In this document: positions 57,967-64,000 of the stretch, one piece after another
How positions within the stretch are numbered: position 1 is the first letter of the stretch
Layout of the letters: the number at the start of each line of letters is the position of its first letter
NCBI GenBank assembly: GCA_047495785.1
Contig: JBLDXI010000009.1
Location: forward strand, 1,612,001 to 1,676,000
Direction: 5' to 3'
Source: Lepidodermella squamata
Lineage: Eukaryota; Animalia; Gastrotricha
Length of the DNA: 64,000 bases
Translations under genes and position numbers: made by a program
Notes under the pieces: generated by a model
Database searches by the model: none
Told to the model about the DNA's origin: nothing
What the model saw: the letters and a program-made list of their open reading frames with translations, nothing else

Positions 57967-60900
57967 TCAAATTATTAACGCAGCAGCAGCAGTCAACATG
58001 ACTAGATAATAAGGCAAAATCATCACAATAGCACCCTTCGAGTCCATCGGCATTGCTAGCCGGGTTTCTTCCAACGTCGTGTTTAGCACCAAACAGCCGG
58101 TCCACAGTTTCGTTGTTTCGAGAGGCCGACTCCGAGCGGCCTCGAGCCGGTAGTCGTCGAACGGGATGAAGCGACGGCGCGATCTTTCCGCCGCGGTTTC
58201 GACGACGAAATACGTCACGCCGTCCGTGTTTAGAAACGCCGAGTTGAGAGGCAGTGGCACGCCGCGCCAGAATCGTTCAACCGGCCGCGGGTACGTGAAA
58301 TCGACATGGTTTCGCAGCTCGTCCAGCCGCCAATACCGCTCGCCAGCGACTAGGTAGGTGTACAAATTGCCAGACCAGACGAAGGCGGCGTCGATTCGCT
58401 GGACGTCGGCAGGCAGGCCGAGTTCGATTATCGGCCGGCCGGTCGGCGGGAAGCCGGGTATTAACGCGTTTGTTCTGAACCGCCAGTAGCGACTGTCGGA
58501 GAAAATCATCACGTCGTTGTCGTGCCGCCGTTCGTAAAACGTGTCGACGCGCTCGAGTTGGCTGGGCAGGCCGAGGAAGAAGTCGGAGGCCAAGATCGGG
58601 AAGCCGGGTGACAACGAGCCGTCAGCCTCGAATCGCCATAAATTGTTGCGCCGAAATGCGAAGATTTTACCGCGGATGATCGAGATTGCGTCGAATTCGG
58701 TGTCGCAAACGTCTGGGACTCGCTCGTCGTAGCCCGGCGTGGCCATGTCGGGGGTTGACGGCAGCTCCCAGTCGGGCTTCGAGCCGATTGCGGTGGTCGG
58801 ATTTCGGGCACTGGCGGTTTCTTCTGTCCAGGTTCCGGAACCGTAGAGAAACGCGAGGGCGTGCAGATCGTCGTCGCCAAGCCGCGGATCTGAAGCGTAG
58901 TTGTTGTACCACGGGTTCATGACCGAATCGGGCACGGCTGAGTGACCGAGTCCGAGCGCGTGGCCTTGAAAAACAAGATGAAAATGAATTAAAATGGCAA
59001 ACAAGCTAAACCTAATTCGATTAACTGATTTCCCCCACCAACCGTCCCGCAGAATTTTTACAAAATTTCGGACAGAATTTTTGAAATTCTAGAGCAATTA
59101 TTCTTATCCCAGTGTAAATAGAGATTTATCACCGGAAATGTCCAAGTGTCCAAAATAAATCACGCATTTCGGACACTTTTGAGATATGTCAAAATCACTC
59201 ACCAATCTCGTGCAGAGCAACAGCGAACAGATCGACGCCGGTCGCTTTGCGAAGGTCGGCTGTGTCGCGGTCGAACCATTCTTCGTCGTCGTCGAAATGA
59301 ACCTCGCCGCCGCGCTGTTCGCCAGGGAAAAACGCGTGTGCCAGAACAGCGCCGTTGCCATCGAAGCGGTACGCATCGCCGTGGTGTTTGCGAGCGAATA
59401 AGAACGTGATGTCGGCCGACAGCGACGGCACGGTTTCTTCAATCACCTCCAACTTGGCCGCTTTCGCCCATTGCTCCAACGCTCGTTCGACCAACTTCTT
59501 CGAAGCCGATTTGCCAAGTGAATTCGAGTAATTCAAAAACCTGAAGCAGACAGATAAAAAATAATTATTAAAAACTCCAGCTTAATAAATAATGCACTCA
59601 GATTTTAAGGGATTTATGCTGCTATGGCAGACCGGCTTTCACCACATTCATTCGAGGTTGTGATGTGAATTTCATATCAAAGACAGGTAGAGAAACACCT
59701 GTCTTATTTGACACAACACGACCACGTGAATGGGCGAGCGCCAGAGTCGCACTTGGCCGATAACGAAAATTGCAAGAAAAAAATGCGAGAAAAAAATCAA
59801 CTCACTGATAAGTTAGTCGTTTCCGCTTCCATCGAATGTTGGCCGAGACTGCGTAACGCTTTATTCGTGATTGAGCAGTTGCCGGAGTAGTTGTTGTCGA
59901 TGAAACAGCGTTGAACTCGCGGTCAAAGTCACGAACGCCGCATCGTCGTTCGACTAGCTGTTGGCGCGTAGCAAAGTCGATTTTTCCAGTTGGCCGGAGG
60001 CCGCTGAACGCCTGGAATCGAGCGAGGGCAGCCGCGACCGGGCTAGGCGGCGCGACATCTTCGCCGGCTTGTTTTGACCCGCGTGGGTCGACGAGACGCT
60101 GTGGCGCGGCCGATAACGGTAAGTAGAACGAGCTAGGCGTAGTTTGTTCGACGTAGCCGAAGTCGAGGTAGCCATATTTTAGCAGATAATCCTAGAAAAT
60201 GCAGAAAGCAAAATGCGAGTTGGTTTTGTTATGGCACATCGTGATTGTTGTTATTGAAAAGAGAGAAAGAGATGAAGCCAAAACACGGAAATGGCATTTC
60301 GGGAATAAACAGCGCCGGCGCAGCACTAAAATCTGTCGTAGATTTATGATGTTTAGTGTTGCGAAAATGCAACATTATTACACCCCAAGCCGATTGCAAG
60401 CGAGCGCGCAACAATCAGGCCAGGTATTAGAGGAACTTCGCGATAAATAAAGATGAGAATGCCAGAAGATGATGATCATGATGACTGGTGGAGATGCGAA
60501 ACTACAACATAAACTGCAAACAAAACTGCAACTTGGTACAAGCGAAGAAGATGGGTGAGAGTAGTGGAGTAGTAGCAAAACGAGTAAATGAGCGCGAATT
60601 TCCGGCCTGTTCGCCGTTCGAACTAATCCTTCATCTAGGCCCCGCGGCTAGATAGCTGCTCGCGAGCAGTAAGCGAAATGCAATAAAGCCGAATGAAAGA
60701 AAATAATAATAATGAAAAGACGAAGATGATGCTCGCATAGATATAGATGTGTAGTGGCAGTAGTTGAACATGTATCGCAGGCGCTTAATGCAGGCCATCT
60801 GTCGGGAGCGGCGCGCTGTTCGGCGGCTGGTGCGCTGGTCAAGCCGAAGCCTAACCAAACACATACGCTAGTGAATGGCGCGCGCGAAAATTTATAGCCG

Positions 60901-63738
60901 TACGCTTGCCGAACCGCTTAACGGATCCGTCAGCAGCAGGCGGGTGGTGGTGGTGGTGGTGGTGTGGTGGGCCACGGTCTAACACTAAATGAGATGGTGA
61001 TTGCGGTTATACTAGCTCGCGGCGTTGCAAATCGAAGAATCAGTAACGCTCGTCAAAGTCAAAAGTGAGCGAATGGCTAACACTTGCAGTTGCGCAGGGG
61101 TTATATAGTAGCCCATTCGACCCGCCTGTGATTTGTTGGCCCGTGATGTGTTTTGGTTTAACCGAGATTTAAACGCGAGGCGCGGTTGTAATAACCGCGA
61201 AACGCAAGCCAGATGTCGGATCGGGAGCGAGCTCGGTAATGATGATCGCGCAACGGCCCCGGTTATTTGATGGGATTTTCGGCGGCGGTGCGCGCGCACC
61301 AAATTAGCGAGCGACGGGTAATTCCGCGAGCGCGCCAGCGCCTGCAATCTATCACGCGGCCGTCAGATTCGAAGAGACAAGCCAGAAGATGGATTGCTGA
61401 CAGATGCGTTGCGCAATAACACGCGCGATCACATGTTAGCGCCAAATTGTTCCAGGCCGCGGCGGCGGCGGGAAAACGATGAGCATCATCATCATTCGAA
61501 GCCAAGTTTCAGCGACTACGCGATGATGAATAAAGGGCTCGTAAAACCAGCCAGCTTTTGGTCAAGTGGCGCGCGCGAATGACACATAAATTTGCGATGT
61601 GCTGGGGCGCAACCATAAAATTTCAATAATATCACGAATGCAGTAATAAACCAGAGCGCGGGCAAAGAAACACGCCGCTGCGAGCGATAAAATATTCGCC
61701 ACCTGGGAGTAGCCGGCGGCCTCTCGGCGGACTTGTCAAACGCGCGCGCCCGCGCGTCTATCGTGTTTGTTCGGCAATAATTTGGCGCTCAAAAAGACAC
61801 GAAGGCGGCAGCGCATCACTAGTCATTTACAACAATAATAATCGACATATAACAAAGCTGCGGACTACATTTGCAACAACAGGCTAGATTGCGCTTTCGG
61901 GTGTGGGTCAAGCGCGCAAACAGCGCGATAATATTGCTACGCGCCGGGGCTTTTTCGATACAAACAAACGCAAACACTGAAAGACGGAAATGAGAGAGAG
62001 ACAGCTGAGGGCCACGGCCGCCGAGCGAAAGAACACGACAAGAGGCTGGGTGTGGTAGAAATTGGATTCGTTCTGGTGCCGACGCCATCGCCGGCGTTCA
62101 TTTGCCGGTGCTGGTGCTGGTTGCCGTACGCGCGCACACAACACCAAGAAAACAGCAATGAAATATCGCGCAAGAATCGATTAAATGACATCGGCTAGCG
62201 GAAGGAATATTGACTCGAAGCGGCGGAAATGCGCGCATTTTTCGCCAGGAATCTTCATAATCATTCATTCATCATGGAGCAATGGTCATAGGAAGACGCG
62301 AAATCAAATTACAAATTACACTTCGTGCGTTGGTGCAAATTTCGCGCCAAGATACGCTTGCCGTTGACTACACAGACTACTGAGTAAATGACGGTTGAAA
62401 GAGGACACGCGCTTACTCAGCCGAGGAAAAATTCACTCAGAAAAAAAGGTTCAGCAAAGACGCGCGTGCGGTGAATACCGGCAATTAAAGGGCACGCACG
62501 CAGCGGCAATGAAAAGTGAAAAGTGGTCAAAACGCTGAGGGTGCGCTTGCTTTTATACTGCGCGTGTTACTCGATGACTGTTGGTGTTTGGTAGAGAGAG
62601 AGTTAAAAGACAGCACATAGATGGATATGCGCGCGCTGTCTATGCAAAAATGATGATGCGCATAGACAAGAAACAGGCGGCGATGAAGACTCGGGCGGGC
62701 CTTGACAGACGGAGCGTGTTCAAAAGTAATTGGTAGCTGTCAGAAGAAATTACGCCACCACCACCACTACAACAATTCTTGCCTCGCAGTGTCTTGACTA
62801 ACTAATGGTGGAGTATAGGCTCCATACATATACACATACAGCCGGGTGAGAGAACACGCGCCTGCTGCCGATAGAAGATAATTAACATGCGCGGGGTGGC
62901 TCTTCTCCGCATTCGACATCGATATTGCGGCCAAGTCAAGTCGAGTCCGCCGGGCGTGACCCCTCTGGGTCTAATAAAAACGCATCATCGTCATTTACGG
63001 CGAGTGAGAGAGTGAGTAGGAATTTCCTCAACAAGACGTCGCGAGTGTAGTAAATAATAATAATAATAATAATATCGATATTTTACTGTAAATAATTTCT
63101 GATAATGACGAACATCGAGCTGACATATGCGCGACAGATAGTCGAGTGCCGATGCGCAAGGGCCAATAACTACTACTAACTACGACGGCCAAAGTCTATT
63201 ACGTGGCCAGTCACATGTTTGGCAGAAGCTTGCGATTGATTTCACACTCACAAGTTATGGAAATTAGCATATGTCTTTGCGAATAATAATAACTGGATTA
63301 CAACACTGTGGGCACAGAAGGCGATGCGGAAGATAGTCGCTCGGCGATGATGATAAAGATTTCGGCGCATCGAGCGGCAAAAATTTGAATTTCAAATTAG
63401 GGCCTAATTCTACGATAACTTACCACGATCCACTGCTGTTGCTGCGGTACGATTTTCGCAAAGTCCTCGCCGCTGGACTCGTCATCGTTGGTCAACACTT
63501 CGCGGGACTGAAGCCCGGCGGCGGCGGGTTCGACAACCGGTTGGCTGATGACCAGAGGCAGCACTTCGACGCGGACGTTGTCGAGCGGTGCCGCAAGTGA
63601 GAGCGAGGCAAGTAGTAAAACGACGGCTGTCGTCTTGATAAAATGCAGCCATTTGTTAGCTTGATGATGATGATGATGATGGCGATAAGTATTTCGGTAA
63701 TAACAACAAACGAGTAGCTGCCGGTGCACTAGGCTCAT
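57967..63738 (-). CDS. Matrix metalloproteinase (M10A) with hemopexin domain and probable GPI signal
   Basis: Signal exon 63738-63424; prodomain DYLLKYGYL...ARFQAFSGL.PTG.ID...ERRCGVRD and furin site RIKR (60191-59806); FDGNGAVLAHAFFP, HFDDDE.W, HEIG/HALGLGHS, SVMNP Met-turn; hemopexin repeats; hydrophobic C-terminus with no cytoplasmic tail. Confidence 0.93.
59638..59736. repeat. Dispersed ~95-nt hairpin repeat, copy 2 (in an MMP intron)
   Basis: Direct imperfect copy of 56934-57027. Confidence 0.8.
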
Positions 63739-64000
63739 CGCGCGTAAATTTAATAATGCGAAAAATAATATAGTACAGCGGTTCGACAACAGCAATTAGC
63801 CAGTCATTCGTGCCGAACGTTGAAGCGACGCCTAAAAGGACACAAAATTAACAAGTCGTTAATTTAGCTTGGAAAATGAAATTGATCTCTCAAAGTAAAT
63901 TGGGCGTGTAAAATCGATGGGTTTGAAAATTGCTGTGCTGGCGTGTACTGGTAATTAAGCTGGGCCGTCCGTCGTGGGCTAGTAAAACTTTTCTCAACCG

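Noticed and set aside
60199-63300. Many 60-110 aa ORFs in MMP intron 1
   Set aside because: Low-complexity, simple-repeat-rich intronic sequence with no coherent splice-compatible protein.

Overview
Gene-dense window from a compact-genome, ciliated invertebrate; the species cannot be identified from sequence alone. Ordinary introns are about 45-60 nt, and many same-strand genes are separated by only 100-500 nt with an unpaired 3' splice acceptor just before the ATG, which suggests operons and SL trans-splicing. About 22 protein genes are supported: TRAF-like (partial), WD40, SARS1, KCTD10-like, two C2H2 zinc-finger genes, CFAP95, CCDC178, a pseudokinase-ankyrin protein, three tandem divergent actin-like genes, SFI1, VPS33B, a 50-aa TOMM6, TMEM17, VMP1, BCAS3, KIF12 (with a nested 389-aa ORF), a non-alpha nAChR-like subunit, TUFM, MRPS25 and a GPI-type MMP. 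There are also several MITE-like palindromes and a CR1/L2 LINE fragment. The main discovery is an ORF-poor, 13-exon host transcript at ~54007-56640, directly downstream of TUFM-MRPS25. Eleven of its 12 introns (173-197 nt) each carry one snoRNA: 10 H/ACA-type and 1 C/D. These include four SNORA3/snR11-like paralogs with re-targeted 3' hairpins, a three-copy family, and a SNORD75-like guide. All rRNA target assignments use recalled conserved metazoan rRNA sequence and need confirmation against this species' rDNA.
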